The position numbers were made by a program, and so were the translations under genes. Of a stretch of DNA of 64,000 nt, positions 36,083 to 45,387 are shown in pieces. The notes under the pieces were generated by a model. The model searched no databases and was not told where the DNA came from. It saw only the letters and a program-made list of their open reading frames with translations. Source of the stretch: Minisyncoccota bacterium (GTDB lineage: Bacteria; Patescibacteriota; Minisyncoccia; UBA6257; XYB1-36-10); NCBI GenBank assembly GCA_041651415.1, contig JBAZJH010000002.1, forward strand, positions 20,474-84,473, written 5' to 3'. Every line of letters starts with the position of its first letter. Position 1 is the first letter of the stretch.

Positions 36083-38608
36083 TTATTTCAAATACTTGCG
36101 GAGATATTTGCCGGTTAAAGAACGGCTGAATCTCGCGACATCTTCGGGAACACCGCAGGTGACGATTTCGCCGCCGCGAACTCCCCCGCCGGGACCAAGG
36201 TCAATAATCCAATCCGCGGTTTTAATAACATCAAGATTGTGTTCGATCACGACAACGGTGTTGCCGCGATTAACAAGTTCGTGCAGAACTTCTAAAAGTT
36301 TTTTAACGTCTTCAAAATGGAGGCCGGTGGTCGGTTCATCCAGAAGATAAAAAGTGCGGCCAGTGGCGCGACGAGCCAGTTCATTCGCCAATTTAACGCG
36401 CTGAGCTTCGCCGCCGGACAAAGTAGTGGCCGGTTGGCCGAGTTCGATATAGCCCAAACCGACTTCGTTTAAAACAATTAATTTATCGGCAATCTGAGGA
36501 ATATCGGAAAAAAAGCGAGCGGATTCTTCAACAGTCATATTTAAGACTTCGGAAATATTTTTGCCTTTGTAATGAACTTCCAAAGTTTCGCGGTCAAAAC
36601 GGCGGCCCTTGCAGACTTCGCATTCCACATAAACTGTCGGGAGAAAATGCATTTCAATCGCCAGCCAGCCGTGGCCTTCGCAGTTTTCACAGCGTCCGCC
36701 TTTAACGTTAAAACTGAAACGGCCGGGTTTGTAGCCGCGAAAACGGGCTTCGGGAGTTGCGGAAAAGAGATCGCGGATATGATTGAAAAGTCCGGTATAA
36801 GTGGCAGGATTGGAACGGGGCGTGCGGCCGATAGCCGACTGGTCAATTAAAATGGCTTTATCCAAGAATTCATGGCCTTTGATTTCATTAAACTTGCCAA
36901 GACGAAGACCGGAGCCATTCAAACGATTAGAAAGAAAATTGAAAACCACGTCGCGCATAAAAGAAGATTTGCCGGAGCCGGAGACGCCAGTGACGGCAAT
37001 AAAACGGCGGAGAGGAATATCAACGTTGATATTTTTTAGATTATTTTCGGAAGCGCCTCTAATTTTCAAAGAGTCGTGAATTCTTTTAATGGGACGGCGG
37101 CCGGAGATCGGAATTTTTTTATCGCCGCGAAGATAAGCGCAAGTCAGAGATTTTTTATCGGAAAAAATTTTCGGAATGGGGCCGGAGCAGATAATTTCTC
37201 CGCCGTGTTTGCCGGCGCCCGGACCAAATTCAACCAAATGGTCGGCCGCGCGAATAGTGTCTTCATCGTGCTCCACAACAACAATAGTGTTGCCGGCATC
37301 GCGGAGGTCTTTCAAGGTTTTTATCAACCGGTCGTTATCGGCCTGATGCAAACCAATGGTCGGTTCGTCCAGAACATAAAGAGCGCCGACAAGCCCCGAT
37401 CCGACCTGAGAAGCAAGACGAATGCGTTGGGCTTCGCCGCCAGACAGGGTGCCGGCTTTGCGGTTAAGCGTGAGGTATTCCAAACCGACATCTTCCATAA
37501 ATTGAAGACGGTTTAAAATTTCTTTCATAATGGGAGCGGAAATTTCCGCTTGACGCTTAGTGAGCTTCAAATCAACAAAAAAAGCGATGGCTTCTTCAAT
37601 AGTAAAAGAAATAACATCAATGATATTTTTTTTATCAAGAAGAACAAAAAGAGATTCTTTGCGCAGGCGCTTGCCGAGACAATCAGGACAAGGCTCCTCG
37701 GAAAAAATATATTTAGTGCCGAGGCCATGGCAGGTGGGACAGGCGCCAAAAGGGCTGTTGAAAGAAAAAAGACGAGGCTCGATTTCCGGAAAAGAGAATC
37801 CGCACTCGGAACAGGAAAATTTGGCGGAAAGAGTGATTTCTTTTTTGCCAGCCAAAGAAATAGTGACGAGGCCGTTCGAATAATCAACGGCAGATTCGAT
37901 GGATTCCGAAAGACGCTGACGCTTGTCTTTATCAAAATCAGTCAAATCAGTTCCCGAAAGCATATCAGTAACGATTTCAATGGTATGCTTTTTGTTTTTA
38001 TCAAGCTCAATCCGTTCGGAAAGAGGCATAATTTTTCCGTCGATTCTCGCTTCGGCAAAACCGGAGTTATACATATCGTAGAGCATTTGGTAATACTCCC
38101 CTTTCCGGCCGCGGACAACCGGAGAAAAAACATAAGAATCAAATTTGGAAAGATTTTTTTCCTGAAAAATTTTTTCCGCTTCAGAAGAAATAATATCCAC
38201 CATTTCGGAAACGGTCATTTTTTCAATTTTTTTGCCGCAAGCGGGGCAATGAGGAATGCCGACTCTCGCAAAAAGAACGCGGAGATAGTCGTAGATTTCG
38301 GTGATAGTCGCGACAATGGAACGAGGATTAGCGGAGTGAGCTTTTTGGTCAATAGAAATAGCGGGAGAAAGTCCGGAGATTTCATCAACATCCGGCTTCT
38401 GCATCTGTCCTAAAAACTGGCGGGCATAAGCGGAAAGAGATTCAATGTAGCGGCGCTGGCCTTCGGCAAAAATGGTATCAAAAGCAAGGGAACTTTTGCC
38501 CGAACCGGAAAGACCCGTAAAAACGGTCATTTTATTGCGAGGAATCTCAAGAGAAACATTTTTGAGATTATGCTCGCGAGCGCCTTTGATAATTATTTTG
38601 TCCTGCAT
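36083..38608 (-). CDS. uvrA: Excinuclease ABC subunit A
   Basis: N-terminus [20 protein letters not shown]...[35 protein letters not shown] is near-identical to canonical UvrA; two ABC modules and zinc-finger cysteines; start moved 10 codons downstream of the track start. Confidence 0.93.
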   Translation of the reverse strand: MQDKIIIKGAREHNLKNVSLEIPRNKMTVFTGLSGSGKSSLAFDTIFAEGQRRYIESLSAYARQFLGQMQKPDVDEISGLSPAISIDQKAHSANPRSIVATITEIYDYLRVLFARVGIPHCPACGKKIEKMTVSEMVDIISSEAEKIFQEKNLSKFDSYVFSPVVRGRKGEYYQMLYDMYNSGFAEARIDGKIMPLSERIELDKNKKHTIEIVTDMLSGTDLTDFDKDKRQRLSESIESAVDYSNGLVTISLAGKKEITLSAKFSCSECGFSFPEIEPRLFSFNSPFGACPTCHGLGTKYIFSEEPCPDCLGKRLRKESLFVLLDKKNIIDVISFTIEEAIAFFVDLKLTKRQAEISAPIMKEILNRLQFMEDVGLEYLTLNRKAGTLSGGEAQRIRLASQVGSGLVGALYVLDEPTIGLHQADNDRLIKTLKDLRDAGNTIVVVEHDEDTIRAADHLVEFGPGAGKHGGEIICSGPIPKIFSDKKSLTCAYLRGDKKIPISGRRPIKRIHDSLKIRGASENNLKNINVDIPLRRFIAVTGVSGSGKSSFMRDVVFNFLSNRLNGSGLRLGKFNEIKGHEFLDKAILIDQSAIGRTPRSNPATYTGLFNHIRDLFSATPEARFRGYKPGRFSFNVKGGRCENCEGHGWLAIEMHFLPTVYVECEVCKGRRFDRETLEVHYKGKNISEVLNMTVEESARFFSDIPQIADKLIVLNEVGLGYIELGQPATTLSGGEAQRVKLANELARRATGRTFYLLDEPTTGLHFEDVKKLLEVLHELVNRGNTVVVIEHNLDVIKTADWIIDLGPGGGVRGGEIVTCGVPEDVARFSRSLTGKYLRKYLK

Positions 38609-38913
38609 AAAAAATAAATTACAAATTACAAGCACCAATCCGCCAGTTGGCGGAACAAATAAATCACGAATTACAATGTTTGAAACTTAAACTTTAGAAT
38701 ATTTCATAAAGAAACCAATAAATGGCCCGCAATTGGGCTTATGGGGAGAGTATAAGGCAAGAAATGACGAATGACAAATTACTAATTTATAAAAGTGAAA
38801 TGCCGGGGATTTTTTTGAACAACAAAAGCGGTCTTGAGATGATTTGACAAAGTTTAAAAAAGGGAGTATTATTTAAAAAGAAGTTAACAAACAAAAAAGG
38901 AGGAAGTGTCATC

Positions 38914-39249
38914 ATGATAGAAACGTCACTTATAAACCAACTAGTGGAAAAAATTGAAGTAACGGAAGAAGGCGGAGAGCGGGTTTTAAGATTTAAGGAA
39001 GGAACCTGCATTTGTTGCTTTCCGGAAAAGGCAAAAGATTTTATTCAGTTGATTGATAAGCTAAAGAAGGTTTTTGCCGTTGAAAAAATCGTTTTTCCTG
39101 TTACAGGAACTCACATTTTGGAGCTAGTTCCTATTCCAGAAAATTTTACTGGAAAAATATGGGAACTGGCAAAACCAGAGTTAAAAGGAACCGTTTGTTA
39201 TGTTTTCCCACTTATTGAAGGATTGGAGTGGAGAGAAGAGGAGAAATAA
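38914..39249 (+). CDS. Hypothetical protein (111 aa)
   Basis: Promoter TTGACA-17-TATTAT, RBS aaaggagga, and a terminator downstream. Confidence 0.6.
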   Translation: MIETSLINQLVEKIEVTEEGGERVLRFKEGTCICCFPEKAKDFIQLIDKLKKVFAVEKIVFPVTGTHILELVPIPENFTGKIWELAKPELKGTVCYVFPLIEGLEWREEEK

Positions 39250-39259
39250 ATCGAATCAT

Positions 39260-39298
39260 CCCGCATCGCGTAAGGTTTACGCGATGCGGGTTTTTTAT
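39260..39298. terminator. Bidirectional intrinsic terminator
   Basis: cccgcatcgcgtaa / ttacgcgatgcggg 14-bp stem followed by ttttttattt. Confidence 0.85.
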
Positions 39299-39309
39299 TT
39301 TGAAAAAAA

Positions 39310-41334
39310 TTATTTTTTGGATTTGGATTTCTTTTTGAGCAAAGAAATTTCGTCGCGGAGAATGGCGGCGAGTTCAAATTCAAGATTTTGAGCGGCTTGT
39401 CTCATTTCCAGTTCCTTATCTTTAATGAGGTCGGGAATTTTTTCTAGAGGAACAGCGTCAAGTTCCAAATTAAGAATTTTCTTAACATCTTTTTCCTTAA
39501 TGCCCCAGATTTTAGTGATGTCTTTGATTTCTTTTTTAATCGTTTCGGGAGTGATGCCGTGTTTTTTGTTGTAAGCAATTTGGATTTCACGGCGGCGATT
39601 GGTTTCAGAAACCGCGCGCTTAATGGAGCCGGTGATAATATCGGCATAAAGAATGACCTGCCCAAAAACATTTCTCGCGGCGCGGCCGATAGTTTGAATA
39701 AGGGAAGTTTCGGAACGCAGGAATCCCTCTTTATCCGCGTCTAAAATAGCGACGAGCGTGACTTCGGGAAGGTCAAGGCCTTCGCGCAGGAGATTCACGC
39801 CGACCAAACAATCAAATTTTCCTTCGCGGAATTCAGCGAGAAGGCGGATGCGGTCCAAGGTCTCCACTTCGCTATGAAGATATTTGGTTTTAACGCCTTG
39901 CTCTTTCAGATATTCCGCAAGGTCTTCGGCGGTTTTTTTGGTTAAGGTGGTAGCAATGACCCTTTCTTTTTTGAGAGCGCGTTTTTTGGTTTCTTCTATG
40001 AGGTCGGCGACTTGGCCGCCATAGGAAGCCCTTCGACTATGCTCAGGGGCTAAATGAGAAGTGATGGGGCGGATAATTATTTCCGGGTCGATAAGCCCGG
40101 TCGGACGAATAATCTGTTCGACAATTTGCGCGGATTTATTTTTTTCAAAATCGGCGGGAGTGGCGGAAACAAAAACAGCCTGATTTATTTTCTTTTCAAA
40201 TTCATCAAATTTTAAAGGGCGGTTATCGTAAGCGCTAGGCAATCTGAAACCATTATCAATCAAAGCTTTTTTGCGAGCATGGTCGCCATTATACATACCG
40301 TTCAATTGCGGGAGAGTGACGTGAGATTCATCGATAAAAAGAAGAAAATCATCGGGAAAATAATCAAGAAGAGTAAAAGGCGGAGAGCCGACCGCTCGGC
40401 CGTCAAAATGACGGGAATAGTTTTCAATGCCGTTTGAGTAGCCGACTTCGCGAATCATAGCAAGGTCGTAATTCGTGCGGCGTTCCAAACGTTCGGCTTC
40501 AAGAAGAAGTTTATTTTTTTCGAAATATTTCAGGCGGGAGGAAAGTTCTTTTTTAATATCGGAAAGAGCGCGGGAACGGTCGGAGTCTTCCGAGACAAAG
40601 TGAGTGGTCGGAAAAATCATAATACTATTCACTTTTTCCACCACTTCCCTTTTAAGCGGGTCGATAAGAAGAATGGAAGAAATTTTTTCGCCGGAAAGAT
40701 CCAGGCGATAAATAATTTCGCGGTTAGAAGGAAAAATATCAAAAGTCCGGCCACGGACGCGAAACTCGCCGCGTGTCAGTTCTCCCGAGGAACGGGTAAA
40801 CCGGCGCTTGATGAGTTCGCGCATCAAGAGAGCGCGGTCGAATTGGTCGCCTTTTTTTATAGAGAAAGAACTCTTTTTGTAGAGAATAGGAGAACCCAAG
40901 CCATAAATACAAGAAACGGAAGCGACAACGATAACATCGCGGCGAGTGAGAAGAGCTTCCGTGGCGGAGTGGCGGAGACGGTCAATTTCGGCGTTAATCT
41001 GCGATTCTTTTTCAATATAAGTGTCGGAGCTTGGAAGATAAGCTTCCGGCTGATAATAGTCGTAATAGGAAACAAAATACTCCACGGCGTTGTCAGGAAA
41101 ATAATCGCGGAACTCGCTCGTTAATTGGGCGGCCAAAGTTTTATTATGAGCGATAACGAGAGCTGGCCGACCGGTTTTAGCGATAACATTTGCCATAGTG
41201 AAAGTTTTACCGGAACCGGTGACGCCAAGAAGAGTTTGAAAACGATTTTTTTTATCTAAACCACGAAGCAAGCTACTAATAGCTTGAGGCTGGTCGCCAG
41301 CGGGTTTTTTATCGGTTTTGAGATGAAAGTCCAT
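39310..41334 (-). CDS. uvrB: Excinuclease ABC subunit B
   Basis: PAGDQPQAI, GVTGSGKT, DESH, UvrB-interaction and C-terminal UVR domains; start placed at MDFHLKTDKKPAGDQP by alignment. Confidence 0.93.
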   Translation of the reverse strand: MDFHLKTDKKPAGDQPQAISSLLRGLDKKNRFQTLLGVTGSGKTFTMANVIAKTGRPALVIAHNKTLAAQLTSEFRDYFPDNAVEYFVSYYDYYQPEAYLPSSDTYIEKESQINAEIDRLRHSATEALLTRRDVIVVASVSCIYGLGSPILYKKSSFSIKKGDQFDRALLMRELIKRRFTRSSGELTRGEFRVRGRTFDIFPSNREIIYRLDLSGEKISSILLIDPLKREVVEKVNSIMIFPTTHFVSEDSDRSRALSDIKKELSSRLKYFEKNKLLLEAERLERRTNYDLAMIREVGYSNGIENYSRHFDGRAVGSPPFTLLDYFPDDFLLFIDESHVTLPQLNGMYNGDHARKKALIDNGFRLPSAYDNRPLKFDEFEKKINQAVFVSATPADFEKNKSAQIVEQIIRPTGLIDPEIIIRPITSHLAPEHSRRASYGGQVADLIEETKKRALKKERVIATTLTKKTAEDLAEYLKEQGVKTKYLHSEVETLDRIRLLAEFREGKFDCLVGVNLLREGLDLPEVTLVAILDADKEGFLRSETSLIQTIGRAARNVFGQVILYADIITGSIKRAVSETNRRREIQIAYNKKHGITPETIKKEIKDITKIWGIKEKDVKKILNLELDAVPLEKIPDLIKDKELEMRQAAQNLEFELAAILRDEISLLKKKSKSKK

Positions 41335-41381
41335 TGAAACTATTATGAGAAAACGGCTTAAATAAAGCAAATTTTATAGTA

Positions 41382-41410
41382 TTGACAAACTATTTATAGT
41401 ATGATATAAT
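41382..41410 (+). promoter_or_regulatory. Strong sigma70 promoter with extended -10 (TTGACA-17-TGaTATAAT)
   Basis: Consensus hexamers, 17-nt spacer, TG motif; about 300 nt upstream of tyrS. Confidence 0.75.
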
Positions 41411-41584
41411 TAAAAAAGAAAGATGAAGAAAGGAAAAGGAAATGATAGTTATTATCGACATTTCCACAGGGGTTGTTATAACTCCTTGGGATCTTAAATA
41501 GATTCTGTGGAAATTGTCCGTTTATAACGGACCGGGGGCTGGTTTCCCTGGGAACAGAAAAAACCAATGGAATTGGTTGGAAAA

Positions 41585-41613
41585 GGAGGCACGGAATGTC
41601 TCCTTTTTTATTT
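41585..41613 (+). promoter_or_regulatory. Leader terminator (attenuator) in the tyrS 5' UTR; candidate T-box riboswitch expression platform
   Basis: ggaggca cggaa tgtctcc followed by ttttttattt, about 100 nt upstream of the tyrS ATG; the upstream aatggaattggttggaaaagg loosely resembles the T-box AAUUAGGGUGGNACC motif. Confidence 0.55.
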
Positions 41614-41714
41614 GGATTTTTTGGGTTATATTATAAGGAATATAAATACAGATAATTTCTAATTAAGAATTTCCCGTTAAATAAATTTAACGAGGCAAGC
41701 TAATTTTTAAAAAT

Positions 41715-42920
41715 ATGGGGAAAATAAATACGGACAGCAAAAAAATAAAGGAGCTTTTAGAGCGAGGGGTGGAGGATATTTTTGTAAAAACCGATTTAGA
41801 AAAAAAGCTCAAATCAGGGAAAGAATTGCGAGTTAAACTGGGGTTTGACCCGACAGGGGCAAAAATTCATATCGGCAGAGCAGTGATTTTGAGGAAACTT
41901 AGAGAATTTCAAAATTTGGGGCATAAAATAGTTTTTATTGTTGGAGATTTCACAGCAAGAATCGGCGACCCGTCCGACAAACTAGATAAAAGACCGATGC
42001 TTTCGAAAAAGGAGATAAAAAAAAATTTAAAAGATTATAAAAAACAAATCGGGAAAATAATAAATCTTGAAAAAGCGGAGTTTTGTTTCAACAGCAAATG
42101 GCTAAAAAAGCTTAATTTAGAAGAAATATCGGAGCTGGCAGAAAGTTTTACCGTGCAACAGATGCTCGCCCGGAGAAACTTTAAAGAAAGATATGAAAAG
42201 GGAGAAGAAATAAGCATAAGAGAATTTCTTTATCCCCTGTTGCAAGGATATGACAGCGTAGCCGTTAAAGCAGATGTGGAGATTGGAGGATTTGACCAGC
42301 TTTTTAATTTGAAAGCGGGGCGGACGATACAAAAACATTTCGGACAAGAGGAACAAAATGTTTTAACCGGACAAATGCTTGAAGGAACAGACGGAAGAAA
42401 AATGTCCACCAGTTGGGGTAATGTGATAAACATAACCGACGAGCCGAATGAAATGTTCGGGAAAATAATGAGCGTGAAAGACGAGCTTATTCCCAAGTAT
42501 TTTTTATTATGCACAGATACGGAAGAACAAGAAATTGAGAAGGTAAAGAAGGAAATGAAGAGCGGGAAACTGAACCCGAGAGACGCAAAATTAAAACTGG
42601 CTTTTGAGATTGTAAAAATTTATCATGAGAAAAAGAAAGCGGAAGAAGCAGAAAAAGAATGGGTGAGAGTTTTTTCAAAAAAAGAATTACCGGAGATTTC
42701 AGATTTAGAGATAAAAGAAGCGAGTATAGATTTAATCGGAGTTTTATTAAAGATGGAGAAAATGAGCAAAAGCGCGGCTTGGAGATTGGTTGATGGAGGA
42801 GGAGTAAGAGTAAACGGAGAAAAAGAATTAGATAAAAGAAGAGAATTTACCGATAATAACGAGGAGGTTGTCATAACAATAGGAAAGAAGAAACATTCCG
42901 TAAAATTGAAATTTGTTTAA
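41715..42920 (+). CDS. tyrS: Tyrosine--tRNA ligase
   Basis: GFDPTGAKIHIGRAV (HIGH region), GDFTARIGDPSDK, KMSTS (KMSKS-like) and a C-terminal S4-like domain; N-terminus aligns to bacterial TyrRS. Confidence 0.82.
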   Translation: MGKINTDSKKIKELLERGVEDIFVKTDLEKKLKSGKELRVKLGFDPTGAKIHIGRAVILRKLREFQNLGHKIVFIVGDFTARIGDPSDKLDKRPMLSKKEIKKNLKDYKKQIGKIINLEKAEFCFNSKWLKKLNLEEISELAESFTVQQMLARRNFKERYEKGEEISIREFLYPLLQGYDSVAVKADVEIGGFDQLFNLKAGRTIQKHFGQEEQNVLTGQMLEGTDGRKMSTSWGNVINITDEPNEMFGKIMSVKDELIPKYFLLCTDTEEQEIEKVKKEMKSGKLNPRDAKLKLAFEIVKIYHEKKKAEEAEKEWVRVFSKKELPEISDLEIKEASIDLIGVLLKMEKMSKSAAWRLVDGGGVRVNGEKELDKRREFTDNNEEVVITIGKKKHSVKLKFV

Positions 42921-42950
42921 GAAAGCTCTTTAACTGCGCTCAGAGACTAA

Positions 42951-43382
42951 TCAAAAACTTTTGAACCAGATGGATTCTATTTTTCTTTTGCCGTTATAAG
43001 TGAAGTGGTGAGTTTTGGGAACGCGTTTTTCAGAGCTGTTACTGACAGCCTTATTTTTTCCAAGATAGAATCCAATGTGCTTGTGGCTGTTTTTCTCTTC
43101 CCAAATAAGGACGCTTCCCTCTTTCGGAGTTTTTATTCTTTTCCAGCCGGAGTTTTCGAGGTCTTTTACAGTTCCTTCAACAGTGGCGTGAAGATTATTC
43201 ATTTGGCCGAAGATTTTTAAGACAGAGGAAACAAAAAAAGCGCAGGATAATTTTCCGTTTTTTAAAATATCGATTTTTTTAGAATCGGTTTTAGCAAAAG
43301 CATTTTGAAAAGAATTAGCGCCAACAGCTTTTTTTATAAAAGAAAGATAAGTTAAAAAATTAAGAGAAACTAGTTTTTTCAT
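42951..43382 (-). CDS. Secreted NlpC/P60-like (papain-fold) putative cell-wall hydrolase
   Basis: Signal peptide; Cys (GKLSCAFF), a downstream His (HKHIGFYLG) and a third polar residue in NlpC/P60/CHAP-like spacing; start trimmed to MKKLVS because the track ORF runs through tRNA-Gly. Confidence 0.4.
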   Translation of the reverse strand: MKKLVSLNFLTYLSFIKKAVGANSFQNAFAKTDSKKIDILKNGKLSCAFFVSSVLKIFGQMNNLHATVEGTVKDLENSGWKRIKTPKEGSVLIWEEKNSHKHIGFYLGKNKAVSNSSEKRVPKTHHFTYNGKRKIESIWFKSF

Positions 43383-43456
43383 GGAGCGGGCGAGGAGAGT
43401 CGAACTCCCATCTCGACCTTGGCAAGGTCGCATAATAACCGCTATACGACGCCCGC
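43382..43456 (-). tRNA. tRNA-Gly (anticodon GCC), CCA encoded
   Basis: Acceptor GCGGGCG/CGCCCGC, anticodon stem CGACC/GGTCG with loop TTGCCAA, T-loop TTCGACT. Confidence 0.9.
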
Positions 43457-43533
43457 TTACGAAAATGATGATAACAAGAAAAAGAGACGGAAACAAGAAA
43501 AAGATTCTAGATTCCCGCTTTCGCAGGAATGAC

Positions 43534-43559
43534 AATTTTGTGTCCCCGGAAGGAATTGA
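43534..43559 (-). repeat. 26-nt duplicate of the tRNA-Arg 3' end (att-like direct repeat)
   Basis: aattttgtgtccccggaaggaattga is identical to 43716-43741, which spans the last 19 nt of tRNA-Arg plus 7 nt downstream. Confidence 0.7.
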
Positions 43560-43722
43560 CCACAAATAAATTCCCTGACGGAAATTTTTCTCGGCCCCGC
43601 CTCGGGGTATTCGCCTTTTTCCCTTCGGGAAAAAACTCACACAACCCTCCGGCTTTCAATTTCTTTCTTATATCCATAAATGGATATAAGAAGCGACATA
43701 AAATTAGCTGAAGCAAATTTTG

Positions 43723-43794
43723 TGTCCCCGGAAGGAATTGAACCCTCATCACGAGCTCCGCAAGCTCGTGTCCTATCCATTGAACGACGGGGAC
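43723..43794 (-). tRNA. tRNA-Arg (anticodon reads GCG; isotype needs confirmation)
   Basis: Acceptor GTCCCCG/CGGGGAC, D-arm GTTC/GGAC, anticodon stem CGAGC/GCTCG with loop TTGCGGA, T-loop TTCAATT. Confidence 0.72.
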
Positions 43795-43810
43795 GGATTA
43801 AGCAAAAGAA

Positions 43811-44290
43811 TTAAAAACCGAGGAATTTGGATATTTCTTCAAAGAGAGAACTCTTATGTTCTATCTCGGCAAGGTAATTATTAAGAAAAACTCGGATTTT
43901 TTCAATATCTTCGGTTTTAGCCGGAATTCGAAAGTTAAAAATAGAAACATTATTTTTTAAAAAATAAATGAAGCTTCTCTTACCTTCGTTTTTATCTATG
44001 GAAAAACTTTCAAAGGAATCCCAAGGATAAAGGCGGTTTTCTATTTTTAGGCCTTCATTTCCGAGAGAAAAATCATATTCTTCGCGATTGGAATTAGCCA
44101 AGAAAAAGAGAGAGACTTCCGATAGAATTATAAGCAAGGCAAAAAGAAAGTTTTTTTGCCAAAGAGAAAAAGCGACGAGAAGAAGCGCGGCAATAACAGA
44201 AAGCCAAAGCCAAGAAGAATTCTCGGAGGAAAATTCAAATTCCGGAGCGCGCCATTCGATTTTTTGATTATTTTCAGAAAAAGATGTCAT
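43811..44290 (-). CDS. T4SS-operon small membrane protein (2 TM + cytoplasmic domain)
   Basis: Last gene of the overlapping minus-strand operon; 159 aa. Confidence 0.55.
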   Translation of the reverse strand: MTSFSENNQKIEWRAPEFEFSSENSSWLWLSVIAALLLVAFSLWQKNFLFALLIILSEVSLFFLANSNREEYDFSLGNEGLKIENRLYPWDSFESFSIDKNEGKRSFIYFLKNNVSIFNFRIPAKTEDIEKIRVFLNNYLAEIEHKSSLFEEISKFLGF

Positions 44291-45387
44291 TCTTCTATTT
44301 TCCCGCCGGCAGATCTAATTTTTTCAGCAAAAACTCCGGCAATAACCCTTTCGCTAACATTTCTGCCACTAGGAAATTCTTCAATATAAAATATTCCAGC
44401 ATCGCCAACTTTTGGTCCTCCACCAGTTGTAGAAATAGTTGTCATCATAGAACAGCGGTAATAACCGCCAGTAACAGATTTGCATGTTCCTTTTGCTTCA
44501 GCCGAAACGCTACCGTAATCTTTTGAAGCAAAAGAGAAAGTGAGATTATCGCCGGATGGCAAAGAAAGCGGAGCGCCAACGCCATCATAAGTATATTCAC
44601 TAGCCATTCTATATTTGCTTTCTTCGATAAGAAAATTTTTTAGTTCAGTTTTTATCTGTTCATTGGCGGCTTCGGAAAAAGGGAGGCCAAAATCATTAAT
44701 AATACTCGCATCACTATAAGCGATAGTTGATTTCCAAGATGCTTCACCGGAACTTCCAGTTTCCGGAATATCAACGTTATAAGTGCCGTCTTTTCTAATA
44801 GTAATTCTATCAACTCCGTCTCTTCCAGGATTGATGCCGATAATAACTAGTCTATTTCCCTCGGCCGCGGAAGTTTTTGCAATATTTATTTGATTTTCTT
44901 TTTTGGAATATTCTTCTTTTAAAGTATCTTCAAATTTTTTAGAGCTTTCGGAAGAAGAACCGCCTGACGACCCGATGAGACTGGAAGAAGAAGTGAGGCA
45001 AGACCCAGAAGTGTCTCGGCTAGACCAAAAATTGACAGATTTTAAAATACAAGGATTGATAGTGTCCAAAATAACGATTGAGCCGAAAAGAAGAAGAACG
45101 CCGTAAACAACTTGAGTAAGGCCGTCTTTTGCGTCACCAACCATTGATTCATTAGCAGCGCCAAGAATATATTTGACGCCATGAAAGATAATCATAAAAA
45201 AAGCGACCAAACCAACGGCAGCCAGAGCAAATTGGAAGATAGCGGCGACAAAAGAACCAAGGTCGGGAGAAGAACCGAGAGTGAAACCGGGAATAGGAGT
45301 GGTGATTTCATAAGTAACTTTCGCAAAAGCCAAGAACGGAAAAAATAATGGGGAAAAAAGGAAAATATTTTTAAGAATTTTTTTCAT
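44287..45387 (-). CDS. VirB2/TrbC-like pilin-fold protein with a Ser-rich linker and ~230-aa C-terminal domain
   Basis: Signal peptide followed by two hydrophobic helices (GSFVAAIFQFALAAVGLVAFFMIIF ... VVYGVLLLFGSIVILDTI), as in T4SS pilins, then a low-complexity linker and an extra domain; 366 aa. Confidence 0.5.
   Translation of the reverse strand: MKKILKNIFLFSPLFFPFLAFAKVTYEITTPIPGFTLGSSPDLGSFVAAIFQFALAAVGLVAFFMIIFHGVKYILGAANESMVGDAKDGLTQVVYGVLLLFGSIVILDTINPCILKSVNFWSSRDTSGSCLTSSSSLIGSSGGSSSESSKKFEDTLKEEYSKKENQINIAKTSAAEGNRLVIIGINPGRDGVDRITIRKDGTYNVDIPETGSSGEASWKSTIAYSDASIINDFGLPFSEAANEQIKTELKNFLIEESKYRMASEYTYDGVGAPLSLPSGDNLTFSFASKDYGSVSAEAKGTCKSVTGGYYRCSMMTTISTTGGGPKVGDAGIFYIEEFPSGRNVSERVIAGVFAEKIRSAGGKIEE

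Noticed and set aside
37550-38413. 287-aa plus-strand ORF (and 37076-37516, 36572-36850)
   Set aside because: Antisense to uvrA; low-complexity R/G/F-rich translation
40600-41124. 174-aa plus-strand ORF
   Set aside because: Antisense to uvrB
41566-41586. Definitive T-box call for the tyrS leader
   Set aside because: Only partial resemblance to the T-box consensus, and the specifier loop could not be placed confidently by eye; reported as a candidate, not a feature
43381-43711. Small ORFs 43381-43569, 43529-43711 and the N-terminal extension of 42951-43640
   Set aside because: They run through tRNA-Gly and the tRNA-Arg duplicate; the real CDS is trimmed to 42951-43382
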